Assembly (NCBI GenBank): GCA_964014485.1
Contig: CAXHAT010000007.1
Location: forward strand, 11,928-75,927
DNA length: 64,000 nucleotides
Direction of reading: 5' to 3'
DNA from: an uncultured Deferribacteres bacterium
GTDB taxonomy: Bacteria; Zhuqueibacterota; Zhuqueibacteria; Zhuqueibacterales; Geothermadaptataceae
Position numbers and translations under genes: made by a program. Below are positions 1 through 8,925 of this stretch, piece by piece; the first letter of the stretch is position 1; the number at the start of each line of letters is the position of its first letter. The notes under the pieces are model-generated. The model worked only from the letters and a program-made list of their open reading frames with translations, was not told the origin of the DNA and made no database searches.

Positions 1-579
1 AATAAAACGAACGCTGGTCACGTCCAGCGCGCCGGTGGTGAAAACGTATGCCCCGGTTATGCCGACAATATCCGCGATGAGCGTGAGCGCCGGGAGCATG
101 ATCATCATGGCGATAAAACGCGGCACGACCAAAAAACTTATCGGGTTTAATCCCATGGTTTGCAGCGCATCCAATTCTTCGGCGACTTTCATTGTGCCAA
201 GCTCCGCCGCGATGGCTGAACCGCTGCGCCCGGCAATGACGATGGCTGTGATAATCGGGCCAAGCGAGCGCGTTTGGGCGACGGAAACGAGGTTGGCCAC
301 AAACACCTCGGCGCCAAACGGCTTTAGTTGATGCGCCGCTTGCATCGCCAGAATCAACCCGACAAAAAAGGCGATCACGCTGACGATCGGGATGGATTGC
401 CAGCCAATTAAAACGCCTTGCTCGGCAACCATGTGCCAGCGAATTTTTGCGCCGCGAAACGGCGCCACGAATGTCCATTTGAGCGTGTCGAGTGCGAGCT
501 TGCTGATGCGGGCGAGGTAGATGAGAAAATCAATAGCAGGGCGTCCGAACGCAGCGACCAGCCGGAGTACCGCGTCCAT
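1..579 (-). CDS. mlaE: MlaE-family ABC transporter permease (runs off the left edge)
   Basis: My translation from ATG at 579 reads MDAVLRLVAAFGRPAI...GPIITAIVIAGRSGSAIAAELGTMKVAEELDALQTMGLNPISFLVVPR, the MlaE signature. It is absent from the ORF track because it is truncated. Confidence 0.9.
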   Translation of the reverse strand, partial: MDAVLRLVAAFGRPAIDFLIYLARISKLALDTLKWTFVAPFRGAKIRWHMVAEQGVLIGWQSIPIVSVIAFFVGLILAMQAAHQLKPFGAEVFVANLVSVAQTRSLGPIITAIVIAGRSGSAIAAELGTMKVAEELDALQTMGLNPISFLVVPRFIAMMIMLPALTLIADIVGITGAYVFTTGALDVTSVRFI

Positions 580-918
580 CTATTTTAGGCTCTCCATGGC
601 CTGTTCCTGGTCGGGGTAAATATCGAAAACTTTGTCCAGACGACTCAGTTCAAAAACTTCTTTGACCGCTGAAACGAGGCCGAAAATTTTGAGCGAGCCT
701 TTATACTTGCCCGTCTGCTGCAGGCCTTCAACAAGCGTGGCGACTCCCGAGCTGTCCATGTACGGGCAGTTCGTGAGGTCGATAAAAATGTTTTTCACTT
801 TCTTGTCCGTTAAGGCAAGAAGCGCATCGCGGACGCGCGGCGACGAGTAGAGATCGACGTCTCCGGTAATCGCCAACATGGTTGCATTATCCAGCTCGTG
901 CGTTGAAACCTGAATCAT
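580..918 (-). CDS. STAS-domain anti-sigma-factor antagonist (RsbV/SpoIIAA-like)
   Basis: 112 aa with GDVDLYSSP and IDLxxCPYMDSSGVATLV; the phosphoacceptor Ser is retained. Confidence 0.9.
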   Translation of the reverse strand: MIQVSTHELDNATMLAITGDVDLYSSPRVRDALLALTDKKVKNIFIDLTNCPYMDSSGVATLVEGLQQTGKYKGSLKIFGLVSAVKEVFELSRLDKVFDIYPDQEQAMESLK

Positions 919-1376
919 GAGCGCTCCTTGTCTTTCTTGTATTTTCTTAATTTCAAATTATTGCCTTCATCCCCGGCGTCTTCGTAAATCACTTCGTCCA
1001 TGATGCTTTCGATTAAATGCACTCCCAAGCCGCCTGGTCGGACGTCGTCCAGGTCTCGCGACTGAATCTCTCCTTTTTTCACCTTCTTGCCGAAGTCATT
1101 GAGCACAATTTCAATGCCGTTGGTCAGCATTCGGCAGGTGACGGTAATCGGGCCGTCGTAGCGATTTTCGTAGGCGTGTTTGATGATGTTTGCGCAGGCT
1201 TCGTCGACGGCGAGTTTGATGCTGTTTTGCTCGTTCTGGTCAAAACCGACCATCTCGGCGATGTATGCGGTCGTCAGACGGACGACTTTAAGAATTTTTG
1301 GGTCGCTGGGCAGACGGAATTCAATCACGTTTTTTAGCTTATGATCAAGAATACTCATTTGTGGTTGATCAGACAT
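915..1376 (-). CDS. RsbW/SpoIIAB-like anti-sigma Ser kinase (HATPase_c_2)
   Basis: LAVDEACANIIKHAY N-box, DFG G1 box and RPGGLGVHLI G2 box; overlaps the STAS start by 4 bp. Confidence 0.9.
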   Translation of the reverse strand: MSDQPQMSILDHKLKNVIEFRLPSDPKILKVVRLTTAYIAEMVGFDQNEQNSIKLAVDEACANIIKHAYENRYDGPITVTCRMLTNGIEIVLNDFGKKVKKGEIQSRDLDDVRPGGLGVHLIESIMDEVIYEDAGDEGNNLKLRKYKKDKERS

Positions 1377-1465
1377 TTTTCCGCCTAATAATTGAGTTTT
1401 ACTTGGAGCCTGTTAGAAAATTGGGAGTCAGACGCTTCAGCATTTGATAGTAAACAGCTTTGTTG

Positions 1466-1585
1466 GCGGCTGTCCAAAAACATAATATTTTTATTGCGTT
1501 CCACAACATGTCGTAGGGGTTCAAGATTTTGAACCCCTACATATGGTATGTCTCTCATTCGGAAACCATGTTTTGGGATAGCCCC
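1466..1585. mobile_element. MITE-like element, shell E, carrying a GTAG-type REP hairpin
   Basis: Ends GCGGCTGTCCAAAAACAT and ATGTTTTGGGATAGCCCC are imperfect TIRs. Central hairpin GTAGGGGTTCAA-gatt-TTGAACCCCTAC at 1513-1540. A homologous copy lies at 27769-27886. Confidence 0.75.
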
Positions 1586-1624
1586 ACTCCAAAACATCTA
1601 TTCGCCAAGGTTTTCGGACAGCTC

Positions 1625-2932
1625 TTAATTGCTTGCAGGAATTCCGTTCCATTCCAGCGCGACAACCGTCAAGTCGTCGTGTTGCGGGGTCTTGCCGGCA
1701 AACGCTTCAATTTCAGAAATCGTTTTTTTGACTGCGTCTTCAGGCGATTTCCACCCTTTCTTGAGCTGGCGCAACAAGCGAGAAAGAGAATATCTTTCGC
1801 CAGCATCATTCTTGGCTTCAATCAGGCCGTCCGTGAAGCAGACGAGCTTGTCTTTGGGCTGCAATTGCAATCTGTGCGTTTGGAACTCCGCGTTTGCCAG
1901 AATGCCAAGCGGTACACCAACTTTTTTGTCGATAGCCCGGCTCTGAAACGTCTCGCCGTTGATGTGCAAAACGGGCACGTGCCCTGCATTCAAAATAGTA
2001 ACTTCGCCGGTATTCGCATCCAAAACCAGGTAGAGCAGCGTGACGAACATGCCGCGTCGACCGCGCTCAACGAGCAAATTGTTTACGGCAAAAAACGTAT
2101 TTTCCGGCGCTTCTTCAATTTGCGTGTGAAAACGGAAATCGCTGATCAAGCGCGCCATGTAAAGCGCCGCCGGAATGCCTTTGCCCGAGACGTCGCCAAT
2201 CACTATCCCGAGCTTATCCGCGCCAAATTCGATGAAATCATACAAGTCGCCGCCGACGGATGAGGCGGGCATACTGCGCGCTGAAATTTGAAAACGATTG
2301 TTCGGACAACTCGGTGCATTCTGCGGTATAAAACTTTCCTGAATGATACGCGCCGCTTCCAATTCCTGCCGAAACTTCTGCTGGTCGAGCAGCGACTGGT
2401 GGATGCGTGCATTGTCAATCGCGAGGGCGACCTGGCGGCAAAAAGTTGAGAACAATTCCAGATCGTACTCGTCGAAAGGCCTTCCATCAATACGATTGAT
2501 GACCTCCGCCACGCCGATAAGCTTATTTCTGACCTTGAGCGGAACCGCCAGAATTGAGCGGGTGACAAAGCCAGTGGCATTGTCCACTTTTTGGGCAAAT
2601 CTCTTGTCCGCGCTGACGTCTGGAACGTTGAGCGATTCACCCGTTTCCGCCACCCATCCTGCAATGCCCTCGCCCATTTTTAGCCGCAGCGTCTGCTTGG
2701 TGACGTCCCCGGCGTCGCCGAGGGCCACTTCACATTCGAGAAAGCCGGTGCGCTCATTGAACTGCAAAACGCTGCTTGCTTCGGCGTTCATGACCGCTTG
2801 CGCTTTTTCCATCACCAGATTGATGACTTGTTCGAGGTCAAGCGTCGAATTTACGAGCATGCTGACCTCGATGAGGCTGGATAGGCGTTTTACGCGGCGC
2901 TTAAGTTGGGCAACTTCCTGTTTTTCTGTCAT
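1625..2932 (-). CDS. GAF + SpoIIE/PP2C Ser phosphatase (RsbU-like)
   Basis: GAF region (GEGIAGWVA, RSILAVPL) followed by VGGDLYD, GDVSGKG, NAGH, FTDGLIEA and HDDLT motifs. Confidence 0.93.
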   Translation of the reverse strand: MTEKQEVAQLKRRVKRLSSLIEVSMLVNSTLDLEQVINLVMEKAQAVMNAEASSVLQFNERTGFLECEVALGDAGDVTKQTLRLKMGEGIAGWVAETGESLNVPDVSADKRFAQKVDNATGFVTRSILAVPLKVRNKLIGVAEVINRIDGRPFDEYDLELFSTFCRQVALAIDNARIHQSLLDQQKFRQELEAARIIQESFIPQNAPSCPNNRFQISARSMPASSVGGDLYDFIEFGADKLGIVIGDVSGKGIPAALYMARLISDFRFHTQIEEAPENTFFAVNNLLVERGRRGMFVTLLYLVLDANTGEVTILNAGHVPVLHINGETFQSRAIDKKVGVPLGILANAEFQTHRLQLQPKDKLVCFTDGLIEAKNDAGERYSLSRLLRQLKKGWKSPEDAVKKTISEIEAFAGKTPQHDDLTVVALEWNGIPASN

Positions 2933-2942
2933 TGCAAAAGTC

Positions 2943-3057
2943 GGAGTGGTGGAACAATGGATTCTTGGAATGCCGGATTAGCGGGTGATTTACTCTTTTA
3001 TGCCGCCGCTGTATTTCTCCATCAATCCATTATTCTAATCCTCGATCTCTCGAAATC
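2943..3057. repeat. Inverted pair of degenerate octamer tandem arrays
   Basis: GGAGTGGT GGAACAAT GGATTCTT GGAATGCC GGATTAGC, then TCCATCAA TCCATTAT TCTAATCC and further units, all with an 8-nt period. Confidence 0.65.
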
Positions 3058-3102
3058 ATCATCGTTACGCGGTAAAAACATCTAGAGCGGGACGTCGGGC
3101 GC

Positions 3103-5820
3103 CTAATGCGCTTCAAGCCAGTGATCGCCGACGCCAATGTCGACCTTTACCGGTACATTCAATTTTACTGCGTTTTCCATCTCTTCGGCTACGATGCGCT
3201 TGGCTTTTTCGAGCTCAGATTCAGGCGTTTCGAACACCAGTTCGTCATGGACTTGCAAAAGCATTTTTGTCTGCATTTTTTCTTTTTCCAAACGCTTTTG
3301 CACATTGATCATCGCGACCTTGATCATGTCTGCCGCAGTGCCTTGAATCGGCGAATTTGTGGCGATGCGTTCCGCAAATTCGCGGTTACGAAAGTTCTTG
3401 CTCGTCAAGTCAGGCAGGTAACGTTTTCTACCCATCAAGGTAGTCACATAACCGTCCGCTCGCGCATTCGCGATGGTGTCGATGATGAATTGATTGACGT
3501 TTGGAAAGCGCACAAAATACGCTGCGATAATGCTTTGGGCCTCGTCACGGGAAATGTTCAAACGCGAAGCAAGACCATAGGCGCTGATGCCGTAAATGAT
3601 GCCAAAATTGATTTCTTTGGCTTTGCGCCGGTGATCTGAGGTGAGCTCATTTTTCGGCACGCCAAAAACTTCGGACGCTGTGGCGCTGTGTATGTCGCGA
3701 CCTTCGTTGAACGCTGCGGCCATGCCGGGATCGTTGGAAAGATGCGCCATAACGCGCAGCTCGATTTGCGAATAATCCGCCGCCAGAAATTTCCAGCCCG
3801 GCTCGCCCGGGACGAATGCACGCCGAATCTGCCGCCCCATTTCGGTGCGAATCGGGATGTTTTGCAGATTTGGATCGCTGGAGGACAGGCGGCCAGTCGC
3901 GGCGATTGTTTGATTGTAGGAGGTGTGGATGCGTTTTGTGCGCGGGTTCACCATCTTCGGCAGGGAATCGACATAGGTGCTTTTCAATTTGGTGATTTCA
4001 CGATATTCGACCAATTTTTCCGGCAACGGATGCTTCTTGGCCAATTTTTCCAGCACGCTGGCGTCGGTGCTGTAGCCGGTTTTCGTTTTCTTGACCACCG
4101 GCAATTTTAAGTCTTCAAACAGAATCTTGCCAAGCTGCTTGGTGGAGTTGATGTTGAACTCGCCGCCCGCCAAGGCATAAATTTCTTTCTCCAAAATACC
4201 CAAGGACACAGCCATGTCGTGCGACATTTTTTCGAGGTAAGGCAAATCCAGCGCAATGCCGTTGTATTCCATCTGAACCAGCACGTCAACCAGCGGGATT
4301 TCAATCGTTTCGGCAAGTTTCGTGAGGCCGGCTGCTTTGATTTTCGGCTCAAAAACGCGTCGTAATCGCTCGGTCACGTCTGCGTCTTCACAAGCATATT
4401 CCGCGACCGTTTCTTCCGGCACTTCGCGCATCGTGATTTGTTTTTTGCCCTTGCCGATCAAGTCGGAAGTGGGGATTTTTGTAAGATTAAAATGCTCCAG
4501 TGCCAGCGCATCAAGATTGTATTTTTTACCGGCACCGGGATTTAGCAAGTAGGAAGCGAGCATTGTGTCGAACTTGAGGCCTTGCACGATGACGTCATAA
4601 TTCTTTAGCACAAGAATGTCATATTTTGCATTCTGGCCATTTTTCGAGATGCTCGCGTCTGTCAGCAATGGTCCGAGTCTGGCGATCAAATCGATCTCTT
4701 CCTCGCCGTCCAGAACCATGACTGAATATGGAGCAACGCCTTCCGGCGGCGTTTTTACCGGCACATAAAAAGCTTCGCCTTCCGCTACGGAAAATGAGAA
4801 ACCGACAATCTCGGCCATCATCGGATACTGCGAGGTCGTCTCCAAATCGAAAGTGAAATGCCCGGTTTCTTCTAACTTTTGTACCAGGTTATCGAGTTGC
4901 CGCCTCGTTTTGATTGTCTGGTAGTCGCGTTTTTCCTGAGGCTGCTCAACTTCGCCTTGAAAACGCGCAATGAGAGAATTGAACTCAAGATCACGCAATT
5001 GTTCGATCAGTTTTTCCGCGTCAGGCGATTTTCGCGATAATTGTTCCAAATCCAGCTCTACCGGCGCGTTCAATTCAAGCGTCACCAGGTCTTGCGATAA
5101 CTTGGCTTGATCGACGTTTTCCCGCAGGCTGGTTTGCACCGCCTTGCCTTTGACCTCGTCAACGTTTTCGAGAACGCCTTCAAGGCTGCCAAACTCTTCG
5201 AGCAGCTTAACCGCCGTTTTTGCCCCAACTCTTGGCACGCCCGGAACGTTGTCCGACGTATCGCCGACCAAAGCGAGATAATCGACGATTTGTTCAGGAG
5301 GCACGCCCATTTTTTGCTTCACGCCCTTCGGATCGAAAATTTCGACATCGGCGCCGGAACGCTTTAGGTTATAAAGCAGAATGTCTGGCGTGACCACCTG
5401 CATCATGTCTTTGTCCGCCGTCGCGATATAAGTTTTTATCCCCTGCTTTTCCGCCTTTATCGCCAACGTTGCAAGTACGTCGTCAGCTTCAAAACCGGGC
5501 GCTTCAATAAGCGGGATGTTCATAGCCTTGATGACGTTTTTTAGCTTGGGAATTTGATCCCGCATGTCCTCGGGCATTTTTTCACGCGTGGCTTTGTAGG
5601 CGGCGTAAGCTTTGTGGCGGAAGGTTGGCTCGCGCGTATCGAAAACGACGGCCATATAAGCCGGATCGTCTTCGTCTTCAATTTTGAAGACGGCGCGGAG
5701 AAAGCCAAAAACGGCGCTGGTGTTTTCCCCCCGAGAATTTATCAAAGGATTGCTGATAAACGCAAAAAAGGATCGGTACGCAAGCGCCGATCCATCGATC
5801 AAGAACAACTTTTTTTCCAT
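3103..5820 (-). CDS. polA: DNA polymerase I
   Basis: LFLIDGS 5'-3' exonuclease start (likely ATG at 5820), ExoI FDLETT, ExoIII YACEDAD, and polymerase motifs TGRLSSSDPNLQNIP, DYSQIELR and LQVHDEL. Confidence 0.98.
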   Translation of the reverse strand: MEKKLFLIDGSALAYRSFFAFISNPLINSRGENTSAVFGFLRAVFKIEDEDDPAYMAVVFDTREPTFRHKAYAAYKATREKMPEDMRDQIPKLKNVIKAMNIPLIEAPGFEADDVLATLAIKAEKQGIKTYIATADKDMMQVVTPDILLYNLKRSGADVEIFDPKGVKQKMGVPPEQIVDYLALVGDTSDNVPGVPRVGAKTAVKLLEEFGSLEGVLENVDEVKGKAVQTSLRENVDQAKLSQDLVTLELNAPVELDLEQLSRKSPDAEKLIEQLRDLEFNSLIARFQGEVEQPQEKRDYQTIKTRRQLDNLVQKLEETGHFTFDLETTSQYPMMAEIVGFSFSVAEGEAFYVPVKTPPEGVAPYSVMVLDGEEEIDLIARLGPLLTDASISKNGQNAKYDILVLKNYDVIVQGLKFDTMLASYLLNPGAGKKYNLDALALEHFNLTKIPTSDLIGKGKKQITMREVPEETVAEYACEDADVTERLRRVFEPKIKAAGLTKLAETIEIPLVDVLVQMEYNGIALDLPYLEKMSHDMAVSLGILEKEIYALAGGEFNINSTKQLGKILFEDLKLPVVKKTKTGYSTDASVLEKLAKKHPLPEKLVEYREITKLKSTYVDSLPKMVNPRTKRIHTSYNQTIAATGRLSSSDPNLQNIPIRTEMGRQIRRAFVPGEPGWKFLAADYSQIELRVMAHLSNDPGMAAAFNEGRDIHSATASEVFGVPKNELTSDHRRKAKEINFGIIYGISAYGLASRLNISRDEAQSIIAAYFVRFPNVNQFIIDTIANARADGYVTTLMGRKRYLPDLTSKNFRNREFAERIATNSPIQGTAADMIKVAMINVQKRLEKEKMQTKMLLQVHDELVFETPESELEKAKRIVAEEMENAVKLNVPVKVDIGVGDHWLEAH

Positions 5821-5943
5821 TTCCGCCTCTTTAATTCCTCTTGCGAAAAAAGTAACTGAAGGGGCGGTGAATGTCAACGGATTTTGTCGTTGGGCTTTTT
5901 GCTCCGGTCAGATTACCGGCAATCTAAAGATACGGCGAGTATT

Positions 5944-6468
5944 TTAGTCCGGCAGTTGCCCGCTTTCGATGAGACAATTGCCTTTACAAATCGGGCACTG
6001 TAAGCTGTCGGAGCATTCGAGGTGGTAGGCTTCAAAAGCTTGCAATAAAGAGTGCGCCTTGGGGTTGGCGGCATCAAAAAACTTGATGAATGAGAGCAGT
6101 TTTTCCCCGGTTTCGTAGCTGATCAAATGTTCGATTTTACAAGCGTCGATTTCCGCAGTTTCCGGATTAACGCCCAAAACGTCGCGGAAAAATGTGATGA
6201 GAATTTTGCGTTTGGATTGAATAACGCTGGCTAACGAATCGCCTTTGGGTGAAAGCTTCAGAAATTTGTTTTCATCTTCAACGACAAGACCGCGTTCTTT
6301 CAGTGCTTTCAGCGTAATTGAAGCGCTGCCCCGCGTTATGCTCAACCTCCGCGCAACATCGGTAACGCGAGCGTAGCCGTGCTTTCCCAAGAGGTGAGAA
6401 ATCGCCATTAGATGGTGCGCGGCGCTGTGCGTGATTTCATTGTGTTCAAATTCCTTCCAGACTTCCAT
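5944..6468 (-). CDS. DtxR/MntR-family metal-dependent transcriptional regulator with Cys-rich C-terminus
   Basis: wHTH ARVTDVARRLSITRGSASITLKAL, metal-site motif AEIDACKIEHLIS, and tail CSDSLQCPICKGNC. Confidence 0.88.
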   Translation of the reverse strand: MEVWKEFEHNEITHSAAHHLMAISHLLGKHGYARVTDVARRLSITRGSASITLKALKERGLVVEDENKFLKLSPKGDSLASVIQSKRKILITFFRDVLGVNPETAEIDACKIEHLISYETGEKLLSFIKFFDAANPKAHSLLQAFEAYHLECSDSLQCPICKGNCLIESGQLPD

Positions 6469-6526
6469 TTGACCCTATGTTCTATTAAAAAATTCTATGG
6501 AGAGATTAAAAAGCGCTGTCACTTTT

Positions 6527-6568
6527 GTTGATTTTTCAAAATCTAACGATCACCCGTCAGGATGTCAA
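6527..6568 (-). promoter_or_regulatory. Sigma70-type promoter of the DtxR-family gene with overlapping palindrome
   Basis: Minus strand TTGACA-17 nt-TAGATT (6568-6540). The imperfect palindrome GTTGATTTTTCAAAATCTAAC (6527-6547) overlaps the -10 box. Confidence 0.6.
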
Positions 6569-6684
6569 GGGAAAGTTAGAACCCTCTGAACGCTCAAATC
6601 TGTTCAAAAAATGAATTGCCGAGAAGGCGGCGGAGTCTTATATTGGCGTTTTCAAATATTATCACAGAAATTACGGAGTTTGAC

Positions 6685-7317
6685 GTGGCGCTGAATTCTG
6701 TTGCGAAAAAACGATTACTTTTTTCCCTTATTATCATACTTTTTTCCGTCGGCTGCGATCAGGCGACAAAGACGATCGCCCAGGATAATTTGGAGCTCCA
6801 TGGGCCGTACGATTCATACCTGAACGACGTTGTCCGAATTCAATACGTTCTCAATACCGGCGCTGCATTCAGCATTGGCGCAAATTTATCCGAAGAAGTT
6901 CGCTTTTGGATTTTTATCGTGGGGCAAGGCGTTTTTCTGCTATTCCTCGCCATCTACCTTTTCCGCAGTTACCAGGATCACATGACGCAATTCTACGGCT
7001 TCTGCCTCATTCTCGGCGGCGGACTTGGAAATTTTTACGACCGCATTTTTCGAGACGGCGCTGTTGTCGATTTTTTGAATTTGGGGCTCGGTGAAACGGT
7101 TAGAACGGCAATTTTTAATGTCGCCGATATTTCTATCACCACAGGGCTTTTTATGTTGATCTACGGCATTTTTAAAGGCGAACAGGAAATTAAAAGGGCC
7201 GAGAGGGAGCAGAATGAGAGCAATGGCTCTTCGGACGATTCAGCTGCATTCGCGTCAGGTGACTCAGACGAGAGTGAAAACGAAACACGCCAGCCAGACA
7301 ATCCTGAAAAGCTGTAA
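6685..7317 (+). CDS. lspA: Lipoprotein signal peptidase II with acidic C-terminal tail
   Basis: NTGAAFS, GGGLGNFYDR, VVDF and FNVAD motifs; likely GTG start at 6685 after GGAG. Confidence 0.93.
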   Translation: MALNSVAKKRLLFSLIIILFSVGCDQATKTIAQDNLELHGPYDSYLNDVVRIQYVLNTGAAFSIGANLSEEVRFWIFIVGQGVFLLFLAIYLFRSYQDHMTQFYGFCLILGGGLGNFYDRIFRDGAVVDFLNLGLGETVRTAIFNVADISITTGLFMLIYGIFKGEQEIKRAEREQNESNGSSDDSAAFASGDSDESENETRQPDNPEKL

Positions 7318-7331
7318 CTTTTTGAGAACCG

Positions 7332-7383
7332 CAAAGAATTTATTGGCGTGCAGCCGAACGTTGTCCCGCCAATAAATTCTTTG
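7332..7383. terminator. Perfect 17-bp inverted repeat between convergent genes (terminator or REP-doublet remnant)
   Basis: CAAAGAATTTATTGGCG (7332-7348) pairs with CGCCAATAAATTCTTTG (7367-7383). Confidence 0.55.
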
Positions 7384-7423
7384 GGCCAGATTTTTTCGAT
7401 AGATTTGACGAAGTCGGAATGGC

Positions 7424-8881
7424 TTACTTCAATTTTCTGCTAATGTTGCTGTTCCGTTTCAGACTCACGACCTCGCCCGCGTCATTCATCTGAAAAATAA
7501 ACTCTTCGCCTAACTCATCATCGTTTCGAATGCGGCGGAAACGATTGTCTTCGATGTGCTTGAGTTTGGTCATTCCTGAGAGCGGATTTGAGCTGGGCAA
7601 GCCAACCATAGCCAATTTTCCTTCCCAAATAATCGCCGCCGTTTCCCCTCCCCAAGGCTGAGAATTGTAAATTCCGGTAAACTTCGAGAAATCCGGTTTT
7701 TCTTCTTCAGCAGATTCGCTTTTTTCAGCTTTGCTTGCTTTTGAAATAACCGGTGCAAGAATCTCATAAGCCCGTTGTGCATAAGCGCGCGGATTGACGC
7801 CGGATGCATTGCTTGCGACGGCAACAGCGATTTTGTCTTTCGGCATGATGAGCAATTGCGAGCGAAAACCGGGGCAGCTCCCGCCGTGCCCGACAAAAGT
7901 CTTGTTGTCGCTGCGCCAAACGGCGAATCCCAAGCCCCAGCTTGTGCGCCAATTCGGATCGAGCCATTGGACGCGTTGCATTTCGCGCAGAGTATTTTTC
8001 TGAAGAATATCCGCGTCGTCACCGCTTAAGACGCGAAACTGCCACGAAGCGAATTTCACCAAGTCCTCTACAGTGGAGGAGTATCCCGCCGCCGCCGCGA
8101 CGCCATTGGCCTGAAAGAAAGGCACTTCTTCGCGAACGCCTTTGCGCGTTTTGGCGCTGTGCCCGTCGGCCAAGGCTTTGCCGCGTAACTTTTCGGGCAT
8201 TTCAGGCCGCGTGTCTTGTAAGCCGAGCGGCTTTAGAATATTTTCCATTACGTATTTTTCGTAACTTTGTCCACTCGCCGCCGCAACCACTTCGCCTGCC
8301 AACGTCAGCCCTAAATTCGAATATTGAAAATAGGTGTCGGCAGGGTAGAGCGTCGCCTGTTCCGAGACGCGTTCCATGATTTCTTTTTGCGTTGGAAACT
8401 CAAAATCCGGTGCGCTCCAGTAGGGAAACGCAGACTCCCGGGGCAAACCGGAAGAGTGCGTCAGGATGTTGCGAATCGTAGCTTTGCCGGCGTCAGCATG
8501 TTTTTCCTGAATTTGGAACCAGGGCAGGTGCTTGCTGACGGGATCATCGAGATCAAGCAAGCCTTTGTCGCGCAGTTGAAGCACGGCAATGCTGGTGAAG
8601 AGCTTTGAAATCGAGCAAATGCTGTAAATCGTCTTTGCTGTAATCGGCCTGTTTTCACCGAGATCGGCAAATCCGAATCCCTGACTCCAAACCAATTCCT
8701 GATCATGAACGACGGCAATGGACAAGCCCGGAATCTCTTCATAATCGCGCTCGGCTTGCAGCCAAATCTCCAAAAGTTGAATCGCTTCCGCAACGCGCGG
8801 ATTGTCTTTCAAAGCGTCCTTTGCCGCAAAACTTTGCGTCACTGAAAAGCAAACGATCAAAATCACCAACAAGCGTTTCAT
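7424..8881 (-). CDS. Secreted serine hydrolase, beta-lactamase/AmpC-like family
   Basis: Signal peptide; SISK (SxxK), YSN and GHGGS motifs; additional C-terminal domain. Confidence 0.88.
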   Translation of the reverse strand: MKRLLVILIVCFSVTQSFAAKDALKDNPRVAEAIQLLEIWLQAERDYEEIPGLSIAVVHDQELVWSQGFGFADLGENRPITAKTIYSICSISKLFTSIAVLQLRDKGLLDLDDPVSKHLPWFQIQEKHADAGKATIRNILTHSSGLPRESAFPYWSAPDFEFPTQKEIMERVSEQATLYPADTYFQYSNLGLTLAGEVVAAASGQSYEKYVMENILKPLGLQDTRPEMPEKLRGKALADGHSAKTRKGVREEVPFFQANGVAAAAGYSSTVEDLVKFASWQFRVLSGDDADILQKNTLREMQRVQWLDPNWRTSWGLGFAVWRSDNKTFVGHGGSCPGFRSQLLIMPKDKIAVAVASNASGVNPRAYAQRAYEILAPVISKASKAEKSESAEEEKPDFSKFTGIYNSQPWGGETAAIIWEGKLAMVGLPSSNPLSGMTKLKHIEDNRFRRIRNDDELGEEFIFQMNDAGEVVSLKRNSNISRKLK

Positions 8882-8925
8882 GTCTCACTCTCCTTTGGGT
8901 TAAGTTCATCTATTATTGAGGCGGC

